NCBI GenBank assembly: GCA_024137785.1
Contig: JAHRHZ010000087.1
Span: 17,037,205 to 17,101,204 of the forward strand
Length of the DNA stretch: 64,000 nt
Source: Ginglymostoma cirratum
Lineage: Eukaryota
Reading direction: 5' to 3'
Of this stretch, positions 1-13,712 are shown one piece after another (positions within the stretch are counted from its first letter, which is position 1; each line of letters begins with the position of its first letter). The notes under the pieces are model-generated. The model did not search any database. It was not told where the DNA came from and saw only the letters and a program-made list of their open reading frames with translations. The translations under genes and the position numbers were made by a program.

Positions 1-88
1 GAAGGGTCTAGGCCCGAAAAGTCAAGCTTTCCTGCTCCTATGATGCTGCTTGGCCTGCAGTGTTCATCCAGCTCCACACCTTGTTATC
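1..88 (+). mobile_element. PLE-terminus mini-element, family A, cut by the window edge; partial hammerhead motif
   Basis: GAAGGGTCTAGGCCCGAAAAGTC followed by the same ~65 nt as the copies at 4340, 15923 and 49899. Confidence 0.75.
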
Positions 89-414
89 AAGTGTTGTTGG
101 TGGTGGCAGTGTGTACTTGTTAATGAGTATGGTTGTCCACCTAGGAAATTCAGTCACAGTGAGCTTCATGGAGGGTTTCACTCTGTGAGCGCTAGGCGAT
201 TTTTCTCACAATCCTCTACTGCTCACCTCATTATGTATGCACCACAGTTTTGTGGCCCTGTGTTCATCTGAGATGGAAGTACTGGCCAGTACAAGGACCT
301 TCTGGAATTTGAGCCACAGGTGCCATTAATAAAACTCAACTGTGCATCAGTTAAAACACTGAGAGCCCGGGAATAGGCCTTCACAGTTGGAGTAAGGAAT
401 GAATCACCTTGGAG

Positions 415-545
415 ATGGCTGACAGCAGTTAGTTGGATCCCCCCTTTTGCTGACAGGAACGTCGAGGTCCTGGTGGATGAGGAACTGGAAACAAGAGCCT
501 TCCTCTTTCTGCAGGACTGACAAAGGAGGCCATGCCAACAGCAAA
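415..545 (+). pseudogene. Decayed PIF/Harbinger Myb/SANT-like ORF fragment
   Basis: Hand translation PPFADRNVEVLVDEELETRAFLFLQD*QRRP resembles the Harbinger Myb/SANT N-terminus (PRFxDxELEVLVxEVxxRRxxLF); contains stops. Confidence 0.5.
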
Positions 546-1879
546 GCTCCTTGTAATTTATAATTATTGCTCATTGATCTCTGAACTCCATGCATCTCAG
601 CAGCTCACAGAAGTGGGAGGCTCTCTTTGCATGCCAATTAATGTACACAGAGCTTCCCAGTGGCTGCATAGCTTGGAGGGAACTTTGGCCATCTTGGTCT
701 ATATGGTGTCCATGTTCTAGATGAACATCCAGCAGTATAGGAAGATGATTAATGACCTGATGTGATCTCAAGCAAAAATGCCACCATTTTATCTTTGCTA
801 CCTCGCACTCTTTCGAAACCCCCAACTGAACCCAGCTCCCACCAATGCTAATGGACTACCACTCCCATTATTGCATGCTGTAGCTTCCCTCATTGACTCC
901 CATCTACACTATTCCCCCAGACGGTTAACCCTTCTTGACCATTGGGCTTCCTGCTCTCATTAAGGATAACTCCCAACCTTTCTCCCACCTGAACCAACAG
1001 GAATAGCTGTACTAACCACATTCATTGTACACAATCTCTCCTTCTGTCTCATTTCAGAGTGAACAGCCCACTAACAGAAAGAATGAAGGAGGATTATGGG
1101 ATGCCTGACATTTCATCCCCTCACCTCAGGGTAGGAGACGATCCTTGAATTAGTGAGAGAAGATCAAAATTGTCCATTTGAGTATGCCGAGACCTCCATG
1201 ACCCAGCAACATTCATCGCAAACTGCTGCACTGCTCCCTTATTACCACCCTGTAAATGTATTCTTAAGGTGTCCAAACCTCTTCCCCCATTTCTTAGGTA
1301 TTTCCTGCTCTTGTCTCCTTCTGGCACAAATGGCAACTGACTCTCCCCTCAAGAGTGCAGTCCCTGAAGCAAACATACTCTTCTCAATCTTAATGAATCC
1401 TGAAGCTTTAATGTTCCTTTCTGCCTTACCTCCCTCTCAACATTATTGGATTTGATCTTCCCCATGTTGCCACCCAACTCTTTGATTTAACTGTTCCTCT
1501 CCACACTTTGCCACCTGAGTCTCAGGTATACAGCTTTATTATGAGGAATGTAATTGTGCACCATCCCACCGTGGAAGCCAAGTAATGGTGACCTATCATG
1601 ACCCCAACCTCACTTCCACAGTACCCCCTGCCCTATCACACTTTATTGTCTCCCACTGATATGTTGAGTTGCCCCTCCCACATTACAATTATTACCTCTG
1701 GTGCAACCCAGCATGCTGCCTCCAATCCCCATTATTGACTTCTTCAACTTCTACAACCAGTCGTGGCCCTGATAACCCTTCTTGGCTTTCAGTGACCAGA
1801 TCCCTGACTGATTGTGACCCATTCACTTACTGACCAGATTCCTGACTGAGGTCTGTGCAGCTCCCTGTCAGACTTCCCA

Positions 1880-3380
1880 CTCAACACTTCACTTGATTTT
1901 TTTTTTGCCCTCCGATTGTCCAGTCCCTTCCCACTTACATCTATAATTCTCTGATGCTTAATGTCAGTTTCAGAATTTCCAGTTTGCAGGCTCCGGCTGC
2001 CTCTTCTTCACCAGGGACATGCAATCTCTTTACACTTCCATCCCTCATCAGGATGGTGTCAGGGCTGTCTGCTTCTTCCAGGAAAGAAGGCCTGAACTGT
2101 CCCCATCCACTATCACCCTCCTCTGCCTTGCCGAGTTCATCGCCACTTTGAACAACTTCTCTTTTAACTCCTGTCACATTTTTCAGGTCAAAGGTGTGGC
2201 CATGGGTAGCTTCATGGGCCCCAGTTATGTCTGTCTCTTTGTGGAGTACATGGAATATACTTCTTCTAGTCCTACTCCAGCCACCAATCACAACTCTTTC
2301 TCCAGTATATCAATGACATCATTGTTATTGCTTCCCCATCTAACCCGGAATTGGAAAAGTTTATCTATTTTGCTTCCAATTTCCATCCTGCTGTAACTTT
2401 CACCTGATTCATCTCTGACTCTGCCCATCCCTTCTTCATCACTTGTTTCCATTTCTGTGTTAGGCTGGACACCAATATCCACTACAAACCCACCTACTCC
2501 CACAGTTGCCTGAACTATACATCCTCACACCCAATTTCCTGTAAAGACTCCATTGCATTTTCCTGGTTTCTCCATTTCTGTCACATCTGTTCTGATGATG
2601 TCACCTTCCACAGGAGGGTCCACTATTTTACACAACTGAGGATTCCAGGCCTCTGTGGTTGACAAGGCCCTTAGCCTTGTCCAAACCATTTCCCGCAAAT
2701 CCGCCTTCATGCCTTCATATCCACCCCCACCACAACAGCAATAGGGTCTCCCTGGTGCTCACTTACCACCCCACCAGAACATGCATCCAAGGGACCAAAA
2801 GCTGCTATTACCACTACCTGTAGAAACACATTCCCCTCCATTCCCTTGTCAGCAATCCCTCTGGGACACGCTGGTCCACTCCTCCTCCACTCCCAATGCC
2901 ACTCCACAGCCCCACAGCACCTTCCCATGCAATTGCAGAAGGTGTAACACCTGCCCATCTTCTCTCCTCACTATCCAAAGCCCCAGTCACATTCCAGGTG
3001 AAACACTGACTTATACGCATTTCACTCAACCTAATCCGTTGTATTTGTCACTCATAATGTGGTCTCCTCCACATTGGGAGTTGAAATGCAGACTGGGCGA
3101 CTATTTTGCAGAACACCTACATTCTGTCTGCTTCTAGTTGCCTGTCACTTCAACAGTCCACCATGTTCCCTGGCCAATATTTCTATCTCTGGTCTGTTTT
3201 AATGCTCCAGCGAGGCTCAGCACAAGCCAGAAGACCAACATCTCGTTTTCTGCTTGGGAAAACTGCAGCCTGCAAAACTCAAAATCAAGTTCAATAATTT
3301 TAGAGCCTAAGCACCTTCTCCTATATCCTTCACCCACCCCACATTCCAGGCCCTGTCATGACATCAACCTCCATGTATAT
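1880..3380 (+). mobile_element. Penelope-like element (Neptune-type), degenerate RT + Cys linker + GIY-YIG
   Basis: ORF 2019-2396 QSLYTSIPHQDG...QVKGVAMGSFMGPSYVCLF; ORF 2781-3137 TFPCNCRRCNTC...KCRLGDYFAEHL; many frameshifts. Confidence 0.9.
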
Positions 3381-4029
3381 CTCCAATTAATACCTTTTCC
3401 AATTAATACTATTAATCCCTTGGAGGATAAACTGTATCATAAGCCAACATCAGTGACAGACTTGTTCCAGTGTCTCTCAAGATCTTTATTGGTTTACTTC
3501 CTTGTTCGGAAAAATAAGGAAATATCTTACACTTTGAAATAAATTATTCAGAGTTTAAAGTTCATTGATAACTGAACTCCTAAGTGATAATGTCATAGCG
3601 TAGAAATATTTTTACCAATACCCCAACTATATAATGTATTTCTCCAATCCAGATCAAATTAGTTTACCTTAATCAAATATCACCTCAGTATTTCAAAGAT
3701 TTGAATCAGGTGCAGAATGCTGTCAGGCTTTCCACACTCACTCTCTCACCTTCTATGTTGATGGCAAAGCTGAAAAATCATAAACATACGCTGGCAGTGT
3801 GCTAAGTAGCTCAGTGCCCATTCAGACTTTGGAAATTTATCATCAGAATCTACGTAAACTCTTTTTGGAGATGTTGGCATGCAAACAATTTGGCACAATT
3901 GATTCTGCATCTAACTTCAGGGCCTGCTAAACACTCAGAAGCATGAAGTATTTTGTAAGTAATTGGCTGGCTGCCTCGTGTAAAGAATTGAGGCACTCAA
4001 TTCACGAAAATAACTTAAAACAAAGGATT

Positions 4030-5995
4030 AAAAACTGAAAGAACTGCAGATGCTGTAAATCAGAAACAAAAACAGAAGTTGCTGGAAAAGCTCAGCCGGT
4101 CTGGCAGCATCTGTGGAGAGAAATCAGAGTTCATGTTTCAGGTCCAGTGACACTTCTTGAGAACTGATGGTCGCTAGGAAAATGTTGTTTTATATACAGA
4201 AGATAGGGTGAGGGGAGGGTGTAAGAAGTAAACAATAGGTGGAGATACAGCCTAAAGAGAGAGAAGAACAGTTGGACAAAGCAGTGAATAATGATCTGGC
4301 TAGGAGAGTGTTTGACTGTTATTGGAATAGCTGTCATTTCTGAAGAAGGGTCTAGGCCCGATACGTCAGCCTTCCTGCTCCTCTGATGCTGCTTGGCCTG
4401 CTGTGTTCATCCAGTTCTACACAGTGTTATCTCAGCTGTTATTGGAGACTGTTAGTGGCTAACAACAGGTTGTGTGTAATGGCAGACTATGTGTTAACAA
4501 GGCCTGGTGTATGGGATTGGGACATAGGATATGGAAGAATTCAGACCATAAAATTATTGAACTCAATCTTGAGCCCAGAGGGCTGCAGAGTCCCCAGGCA
4601 GCAAGCCTGAGACAGTGATGTTGGGCAGGGAACAGAGTGGTTTGTTAAAGTAGCAGGCAATTGGAAGCTCAGGATCATTTTTGTGGGCAGAACATAGGTG
4701 TTCTGCAAAGTGGTCACCCGGTCTACGCTTTGTTCCCCCAATGTAGAGGAGACCACATTGTGAGCAGCAAGTGCAGTAGACTAGATTGTGACAAATGCAG
4801 GTAAAGTGCTGCTTCATCTGGAAGACTAGTTTGGGACCTTGGATACGGGGGAGGGAGGTGGTACACCTTTGGTGTTTGCAGGGGGAGGTGCCATGGGGCT
4901 GTTGGGGGGTTGTTGGGACTGAAGGAAAAGTGAACCAGGGTGTCCTGGAGGGAACGGTCCCTGCAGAGACCATGCAATGGAGGGGAGTGGAATGTGTGTC
5001 TGATGGTGGCATCTTGCTGGAGGTGGTGGAAATGGAGTCTGATGATCTTCTGAATGTGGATGCTGGTGGGATGGTAGGTAAGGTCAAGGGGAACCCTATC
5101 ACTGTTGCGGGAGGAAAGAGTGGGGGTGCGGGCAGAAATGCAGGAGTTGGGTCAGACCTGGTTGAGGGCCCTATCGACAACGGTGCTGGGGATTCCTCGG
5201 TTGAGGAAGAAAGTGGTTATTTCAGAGGCTCCTTTGTCGAACTTGGTCTCATTGGAACAGATGTAATGGAGACACAGGAGCTGTGAGAATGGAATAGAGT
5301 CTTCACAGGAAGCAGGGTACGAGGAGATATATTTCAGGTAGCTTTGGGATTTGGTGGGTTTGTAGTAGATATTAATGGCCTGTTTATCCCCAGAAATGGA
5401 AACAGAGATGCTGAGGAAGGGAAGGGAGGAGTCAGGGATAGACCAGGTGAAAGTGAGGGCAGGGTGGAAATTGGAAGTGAAATCAATGAACTTTTCCAAT
5501 TCCCAACAAGAGAGGGAAGCAGCACCGATGATAGCATCAATATATCGGAGAGAGATTTGTGGTTGCAGACCGGAATAGGACTGGAATAAGACTTCCACAG
5601 ACCCCACGAAGAGAAAGACATAACTGGGGCCCAGGCGGGTACCCACGGCCACCCCTCTCACCTGAAGAAAGCCAGAAGAGTTAAAAGAGAAATTGTTCAG
5701 GATGAGGACGAGATTGGCCAAGCAAAGGAGGGTGGTGGTGAGTGGGGACGGTTCAGTCCTTTGCTCCAGGAAGAAGTGGAGAGCCCTGAGACCATCCTGG
5801 TTGAGGATGGACGTGTAAAGGGATTGCATGTCCGTGGCAAGTAGGAGGCTGCTGGAGGCTGCAAGCTGGAAGTTCTGAAACTGGCGTAAAGCGTCAGAGG
5901 AATTGCAGATGTAAGTGGTCAGGGTCTGGACCAGGGGAGAAAAGACTGAGTAAAAGTAGGAAGAGATGAGTTCTGTGGGCCAGAAGTAGGCGGAT
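4030..5995 (-). mobile_element. Penelope-like element (Neptune-type), 5'-truncated, with family B 3' pseudo-LTR at ~4030-4170
   Basis: ORF 5152-5829 QSLYTSILNQDG, GVAVGTRLGPSY, LRYID; ORF 4563-5180 HFTCICHNLVYCTCCSQCGLLYIGGTKRRPGDHFAEH (GIY-YIG); terminus matches the family B mini-elements. Confidence 0.92.
4339..4433 (+). mobile_element. Family A hammerhead mini-element nested in the PLE 3' region
   Basis: CTGAAGAAGGGTCTAGGCCCGATACGTC (GAAA mutated to GATA); TSD-like AGCTGTCATT 4329-4338 / AGCTGTTATT 4434-4443. Confidence 0.8.
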
Positions 5996-6019
5996 AGCAG
6001 ATTGACTGCCTGTCAGAAA

Positions 6020-7600
6020 ATAGTGTGCACAAATGGGCCTCCGTCTGATTAGCAGGACATGATGACTGGAGTCCCGCAGGGTCCTTTGCCAGTGCCTCAC
6101 ATTTTTCATAATTAATATCAATGACTTGGAGGTGGTGAGTGAAGGTATGGTAACTAAATTCAGAGATGACACCAAGATAGGTAGAAAAGCATGTTGTGAA
6201 GAAGTCATAAGGAGTTTATTGGTGGATATACACAAATATATTGCATTGATTATAAGAGCAGGAAGGTCATGTTGGAGCTGTAAAGAACTTCAGTTAGGCC
6301 ACAGCTGGAGTGCTGTGTGCAATTCTGGTCACCACATTACAGGAAAGATGTGAATGCACTGGAGGGGGTGCAAAGGATATTCATCAGGATGTTGCCTGGG
6401 ATGAAACATTTCAGCTACGGAGAGAGGCTGGATCGGCACGGTTTGTCTTCTTTGGAGCAGAGAGGTTGAGGCAGCATGCAATAGAGGTGTACAAGATTAT
6501 GAGAGGCATGGGCAGGGTGAACAGAAAGCAGCTGTTCCCCTTGGTTGAAGGGTCAATGAAAGAGGCATAATTTTGAAGTGACAGTCAGGAGGTTTAAATG
6601 GGATTTGAGGAAAAACCTTTTCATCCTGTGGGAGGCGGCATCTAGAATGCACAGCCTAGGAGGGTAGTTGAGGCAGGAAAACTCACAGCCTTTTAAAAAG
6701 TACTTGAATGAGAACTTAAAGTGTCATTATATTCAAGGCTAAGGGCCGAGTGTGGGAGCGTGTGACTAGTGTCAGTAATAGTATATTTTTGGAGTACAGA
6801 CTTGGTGGGCCAAAAGATTTCTTCTGTATTGTATGATTTTGTGATTCTACATAGGTAGGTTTAGTGAATGTACAAAAACCTGGAGTATAATGCGGGAAGT
6901 TATTCACTTTGACAGGAAGAATGAAAAAAAATGTATTACTTAAATGGAGAACTAATGCAAGATTCTGAGATACAGAGGGATCAGGGTGTATCACAAAATG
7001 GTAGCGCGCAGGTAGAAGAAGTCTAATGGAATACAATCCTATATTTTGAAAGGATTTGCACACAAAAGTAAAAACATTATGATTATACAGGATATTATAC
7101 ACTGTATATTTGAGACCACATCTTGAATACAGTGTGCAGTTTTAATCTTATTTAAGGACAGATGTAAATGTTTTGGAGACCATCCAGAGGAGATTTACAG
7201 GACAGATACCTTGAATGAGTGGGTTGTCTTACGTAGCAAGATTGGACAGGCTAGGCTTGTTTCCACAGGAGTTTAACCGAGCAAAGTGTGACTTTATTGA
7301 AGTATATAAGATCCCGAACAGTTTTGACAAGATGAATATGGAAAGGATGTTAACTCTTGAATCCAGAGTTGGGGGGAGATTGTTTTAAAATTAGGATTGC
7401 CTTTTTAGGACCGAGATGAGGAGATTTTTTTTTTCACAGAGAATTGTGCAACTTTGGAAGTCTCAGAGCTGGTGGAAGCAGAGTCATTGGATATTTTTAA
7501 TATTTTTAAGGCAGAGATGGATAGTATCTTGTTACGCTGGGGAATGAAAGATTTTTGGTGGTAGATGGGAACCTGAGCAAATAAATGGGCAGGCAATGAA
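6020..7600 (+). mobile_element. CR1 LINE RT/3' region, with a second CR1 3' fragment (~6230-6850) nested inside
   Basis: VPQG...INDL...KFRDDTKIG (RT, cf. FADDTK); the C-terminal LEYxVQF/IEVYKI region occurs twice (6300-6500 and 7110-7310). Confidence 0.85.
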
Positions 7601-7604
7601 TGCT

Positions 7605-7770
7605 ACATGGTCAGAGGTGTTGTCTTTTGGAAAAAGTATTAAATATGCTCTCTCACATAAATGTAAAGGGACTGCAATGACCACTTAAATTATCCCATTG
7701 TTTTGGCCTACATTCACTCTTTAACCAATGCTTAAAACAAGTGAACTGATTATTTATATCATACTTTCTT
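7605..7770 (+). mobile_element. Highly decayed Deu-domain SINE fragment
   Basis: Weak resemblance to the Deu core and to the copy at 30755-31958. Confidence 0.35.
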
Positions 7771-8584
7771 TCTTGGTGAAGGGCCAGTTCCAGTTGGCTC
7801 ACAAGTTAGCAAAAAAAGACTTTGCTGGAGAAATAATTGGTTGATGATTTTCATCTGGCCACTTGAGATTAAGTATCAGGAATTCTCTGATGTAAAACCT
7901 TTACTTGTGATATCAACTATGTATGAATACCAGTAATACAGAGAGAGTTCAAACAATAGTTACTGTAACATATTACTCATCAAAACCACAAGCAATAATA
8001 TTTAACAAGCACTCATAGGCAGGCAACTGCTAATGACGCCATTGCATGTTTTCCCAAGGAGTATCTATGGAAAAAAAACAGATGTTTTGGCACAGTATTA
8101 AAGTGCTTGATGGGAATGGTCTGGAACTTGCACCTCAAAATAGTGCAACCAAAATACATTTCTTCAGGAAGCATTTTCAATACTATATGCAGTGAATGTC
8201 TCAACTAAGCTAATACACACTTCCTAAAAAATATACACATTCATGAAATGACCATCAGATTTTTTTTTACCAGGAGATCCTATTAGTACTCTACTGCCTC
8301 TTGCCTAATACATATCTGCACAAATCAATTAATTGCAAACTGACGAACAAGTGTTTTTTTTTCATTATTCACCATGTAAACTTACACTAAACAGTAATAT
8401 GGCTGTATGCATAAGTTGCTTATATGTAATAACATTAGCATTCACATTGTCTGCAACTTGTGATATGGTTTATTTTCTGTTTCATCATTAATGGTGGAAT
8501 AATCTAAAAGTACTTCAACAACTAGATCATTACCTACAATTTCCCTTCCAAATTACACAACAATCTGACTATTTGGACATTCAT

Positions 8585-8740
8585 TGCCATTCTTTTAAAG
8601 AATCAAAATCCTAGATTTTCTCCCTGACACTGTACAGCACAAAGGTTGCAATGGTTCAAGGAGGAAGCCCATCATCAGCTTCTCAGACTAACTAGTGATG
8701 GACAATAAGTGCAGCCTTGTCAGACATGCCTGAGAACAAT
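8585..8740 (+). mobile_element. 3' tail fragment of the CR1/L2-group LINE family seen at 28630-29838
   Basis: GGTTCAAGGAGGAAGCCCATCATCAGCTTCTC...GATGGACAATAA matches 29738-29793. Confidence 0.6.
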
Positions 8741-9459
8741 TATTTGTACTTTTACTGCGATAAATTATTTTGAAAAATCTAAATAAATAATTGCATTTGT
8801 ACCAAGAGACTTGATGTAACACTGCCTTCTGTTCATTTTGTGACAGGTTATGATCACATTGGTTGCATAAAAATATTTGCTTTCATTATTATACAATAAC
8901 CCAAAGTGTGGCATGCTCGTATCTTTGGGACAACACATAATATTAGACATTTTTTTTAAATTACAAGACAATAGGTTATTATGCCAGCAGTGAAATATTA
9001 AACTAAATAGAGAATGTCATGTAACTTGGAATTAATTGAAAATGAAATTCCTGTCAATGATTTAATGAATTGTCCTCAGAAAGCTCCTTGTTATACATAG
9101 TTCCTAACAAAATTCAAGACATATCAATGAACAATTTCAACAGGTGGATAAGAAGTGAAATAGGCATGAAATAAGCAGTCTTGTTCCAACTAATAGATAC
9201 ACAAGGGGAAAAATAAATCATTGGAAAATAATTGGGTGAATAATAACAAGGAGAGTCTGCAGGGGGCAAAAATAGCTTGAAGAAAATACCAATAACAGTC
9301 TTTTTTTGGAAGAGTTCCAAGGGAAGTCTGAACAAGCTTTTATTGACCATACAGCTATGTAATTGTTTTTTACTGAGTAGAACAGATGACAGCAAACCAA
9401 CAGTCAATAACTTACACTTGCCAAAGTTTCTATTCCACTGAAATTAAAAGGAATAAATT

Positions 9460-9585
9460 TAAAAAGTGGCAGACTGATGCGAAATTAAAACAGAAAGTGC
9501 TGGAGAAAAGCAACAAGTCTGGCGGCATCTGTGGGGACAGAGACAGTTAATATTTTGAGTCCGATGACTCTTCTTCCGAACTGTG
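9460..9585 (-). mobile_element. PLE terminus fragment related to family B, decayed hammerhead
   Basis: Reverse complement reads CAGTTCGGAAGAAGAGTCATCGGACTCAAAATATTAACT...CAGATGCCGCCAGACTTG. Confidence 0.65.
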
Positions 9586-11351
9586 GATTAGTGTAATTGG
9601 ATTCCAGGAGAGATGGGGCATCAGCAGGCTGGAAAGAAATCGAGACTATGACAAGTGTAGCATTTTAATATTTCACCCATCAACAAAAATAAATTCAAGC
9701 TAGGTGGGCTGAAGCAAATATTTGGGTAGTTGCAGGGGATTGGTTCATTGTCCATATGTGGCAGTGTGTGGATTGGTGAGTGGAGACAGGGGTAAGGCCA
9801 GAACAAAGAATGATTCTCGGACCAATCAAAGTACTCTTAGCCCTCTAGGAATCATCCTGAAAAGAAAAACTTACATTGTCTATGTCTGGTCACTACTGCC
9901 TGCTGTCAGGTTTCCCTGGTGGGTTCAGAACTTTGCATACCTTCCCTATGAAGTTCTAGATAAAGTTGCATTGTTGCACTAACGACATTATCAGGCCATG
10001 ACTTTTGCCTTTCAATTAGGCTGTGACAACTTTGTAGCAGAAACTGAAGTCAACCTGAAAGTCATCAAAGTGGAACTGACACCAGGAAACAGGGCAATAA
10101 TCACCCAATTTTAGCGTTTCCAATACACCATTTCCACCCAGTGGATTAAAATTGATCTGAATTGAAAATAAAATATTGCAATGTATAAAACTGCCCGCCA
10201 CATTTTTTTTATCATGATTGCTGAAAACTAATTTCACTCTTACACTACCACTGTATATAATAGAATTCAGTCAGTCTTCCGAAGATATGCTCCATGAGAT
10301 TGATTCAGATGATTGCTGAGAGCATAAAAAGAGAGAAATTGTACTCCAGAATAACATCATCTCTCTTTTGCAATAGTTATGACCTGATTTCAATGTTGAA
10401 AACTGCACAGCATTCATTTACCCATTTGGCTAAATTAGTCTAACTTCACCCTAAGTGCTGAAATAAAACAAACAGCCTTTCGTTATGGACCAATTTTATC
10501 ATCCAAACCAACAGTTTAAAATGCTAGAAAAGACACTTTCATTAAGGCTTCTCAGAAACTTATTAGGATGAGCTGCAACAAGGCTAGAGGAGGAATGCTG
10601 GTCTGAAGTTAATGGTTTTGACCTTTTAACTCTTCTTATTGAAACCATTCATTTGAGGCAAAGTTAATTAACTGAAATAGATTAATCTAGTGAATAATTA
10701 TTTCTTGAGGCTTCATAGAATGCAACCATGTGTGTTATCAAAACCAGGAATGTAACCAAGATTGTAAAAATGTTTAATATCTTGTGCCTATTTTGCTTCA
10801 GCTAATGCAAAGCAGAAGTAGAGACCATTTGGATCCTTGTGCCTATTCAATCATTCAGTAAGCTATGGCTGATCGGTTTGTGTTTCATATTCTACATTTC
10901 CACCTATTACCACGCCCATTTCTGGTAACCTTTGATCCTCTTGCCTAAAAAGAATCTGTCCACCTCCACTTAAAAATATTCAATGATCCCACCTTCACCA
11001 CCTTCTGAGGCTGGATGTTTTGAAGTTATGCAACTCTCCAAGAGAAAAAAAATTATCCTCATCTCTACTTTGAAAGGGTGACACCTAATTCTCAGACAAT
11101 GCTCGTAACTTCTGGACTCACCCACAATAGGAACCATTTTTTCCATTTCCATTTTGTCAACACCATTCAGGATCTTACACAATAAAGTGAAGTCACCCCT
11201 CACTCTTATAAAATCCAGGGAAAGCAATCCTAACCTGCCCAACCTATCCTCATAAAACAATCTGCCAATTCCATGTGTCAATCTCAGAGACAGCTCTGAT
11301 CCACCTTTAATATATTTAAATCCTTCCTTAGATAAGGAGACCAAAAGTTTT

Positions 11352-11897
11352 TGAGAAGATTTGTAGGTCGGGTTGTGGATGAGGTTGCAGATTTCATCTA
11401 CTGATGAATGTAAATGGCCCCATACCCCCAACCAATAAAACTAATGTTATATACAAAATTCCACACAAGGACTGTGAGAAATGTTACATAGATGCTGGAA
11501 GAAAACTGGCAAAAAGGATACACAAACACCAACTAGCCACCAAGAGACACAACCAATTCTTACTGGTCTCAATACACAAGGACAAAAAAGGACGCAAATT
11601 TGACTGGGAGAACACATCCATAATAGTGCAAGCCAAACAGAGACGTGCCAGGGAATTCCTGGAGACCTGGCATTCCAACTCGAACTCATCAACAAACACT
11701 GGATCCAACATACAAACCGCTCAAGAACAAAACCGGAAGTAATACCAACCACCCCAGCAAACCGAGGCATATAAGTAACAAACGGGACAGAACACCAATG
11801 TTTCACCAGAGGCACGCTGACAATGTTACCTAACAGGCTGACAAAGCGTCTGCAATCAAACACACCAGCTCAGCAAGCAAGTCTGCAACCTCATCAG
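11352..11897 (+). mobile_element. PLE 3' fragment of a second clade (Penelope/Poseidon-type GIY-YIG) with inverted terminal segment
   Basis: ORF 11404-11742 TNVIYKIPHKDCEKCYI...RKLAKRIHKH...FDWENTSI...REFLETWHS; GATGAGGTTGCAGA (~11378) is inverted as TCTGCAACCTCATC (~11882); decayed hammerhead CTGACAATGTTACC...GACAAAGCGTC at ~11817-11850. Confidence 0.85.
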
Positions 11898-13671
11898 AAG
11901 ACCAAATTTATATATGGATTCAAGATGTGGTCTCACAAATGCCCTGTACAATGAAAGAATGAAATCTTTTATGGACAACTCATCTCATAAGAAAGGATAA
12001 CTTTCCATCAGCCTCCTTAATACACTGTACCTGTGCACTAAGTTTTTATGCCTCATGCACTAGAACACCTAGATCCCTCTGCATCTCAGATTTCTGCACT
12101 GATTATTCATTTAAGAATTTGTCCTGTTTTTATTCTTTCTGCCAAAGTGAACAACTTCACATTTTCCCGCATAAAACTCCAACTGCCAGATTTTTGCTGA
12201 CTCATTCAACCTATCTTTATCCATCTACAACTTTCCTATGCCTTCTTCACAGCATGCTTTCCTATCTATCTTTGGATCATCTGCAAACGTAACTATTATG
12301 CCTTTGCTCCCTTCACTTAAGTCATTGATTTATATTGTTAAAAGGTGAGGCTCCAGCACAGCCCTCTGTTGGGGCTCTACTTTTAATGTGCTGCAAATCA
12401 GAAAAAGACTCATTTATGCATATCCTGTGCTTTGCCAGCTAATCAATCTTGTCACCACTTTGATATGTAATTGCACATTACTCATACAATAAGTTCCTAC
12501 TTGGCATAATAACCTTTTATGTGGCACTTTGTCAAATACCAGCTGGAAATTCAGCTACAGTACATCAACAGGCTCTCCTTCAGATGACATTCATTAAATA
12601 AACCCCAATAATTTGGTCAAATAAGAACCCCTTTCACAAAGCCATGTTAATTGTTCCTGATTAGCTTATATTTTTCTAAGTGCCAAACTATAACCTCCTT
12701 AATGATCAATTTTAATATGTTATCCGTGACAGATATCAAACTAACTGGCCTATAGTTTCCTGTTTTTATGCCTCCCCTCCTTCTTGTCTGGAGAAGTTAC
12801 CTTTGTTAATTTCCAATCTGATGGAACCTTTCCGGAATCTAATGTATTTTGGAAAATTAACATCAATGGATCCATTCCTCAATAGCTACCCCTTTTGAGA
12901 TCCATGGATGAAATCTATCAGGACACATGAACGTGTCAGCCTGCAGCCCCATCAGTTTGCAATGTGCCCCTTCCCTAGTGATTGTAATTTCAGCAGATTC
13001 CTCTCTCCCTTCCATCTCCTGATTTACAGATATTATTGGTATGTTTTGAATCCTGTTTTGCAAAAACAGAAATAAAATATTTGTTAATCTCTTCCACCAT
13101 TTCCTTACTTTCTGCTATTAACTCCCCATTATAATTTTCTAGAGGAAAAATAGTTTGTTTACTCTTTTCCTTTTAAATAGCCTATAGAAACTATGACTAT
13201 TCATTTTTACTTCACTACCTAAGTTCCTTCCATACTTTATTTTCTTGCTCCTTATTAACCTCTTAGTCATTCTTTGCCATTCTTTACATTCTGTCCAACC
13301 ATCTCATCTGCCATTCACCTTTGTGCAATTATATGCTTTTTCGTTAAGTTGGATGCTTTCCCTTTTTTTTCTAGTCAGCCATGGATGCTAGGTCCTCCCT
13401 TTAGAAATGTTTTTAATTTGTAGTAAGAATATACTTATTCTCAGTATTCTTAAATATGTTCTGAAATGTTTGCCACAGCATGTCCGTTGAAATATCCATT
13501 TGCCTAAATCCCTGTTCACTTCAACTAGCATGACTTTCATTGGCCTTATTTAAGTTTAGTCGTAGTTGCACTTTTCTCCCTATGAATCTGGATACAAACT
13601 TCAAACATATTTTGGTCGCTGCTACTTAAGAGTGCCTTTGCTCTAAAGTCATTAGTTAACATTAACATTAA

Positions 13672-13712
13672 CAATAGACAATAGACAATAGACAATAGAC
13701 AATAGACAATAG
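13672..13712 (-). repeat. (TCTATTG)n heptamer tail of CR1, ~6 units
   Basis: Perfect CAATAGA tandem on the + strand at the element 3' end. Confidence 0.95.
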
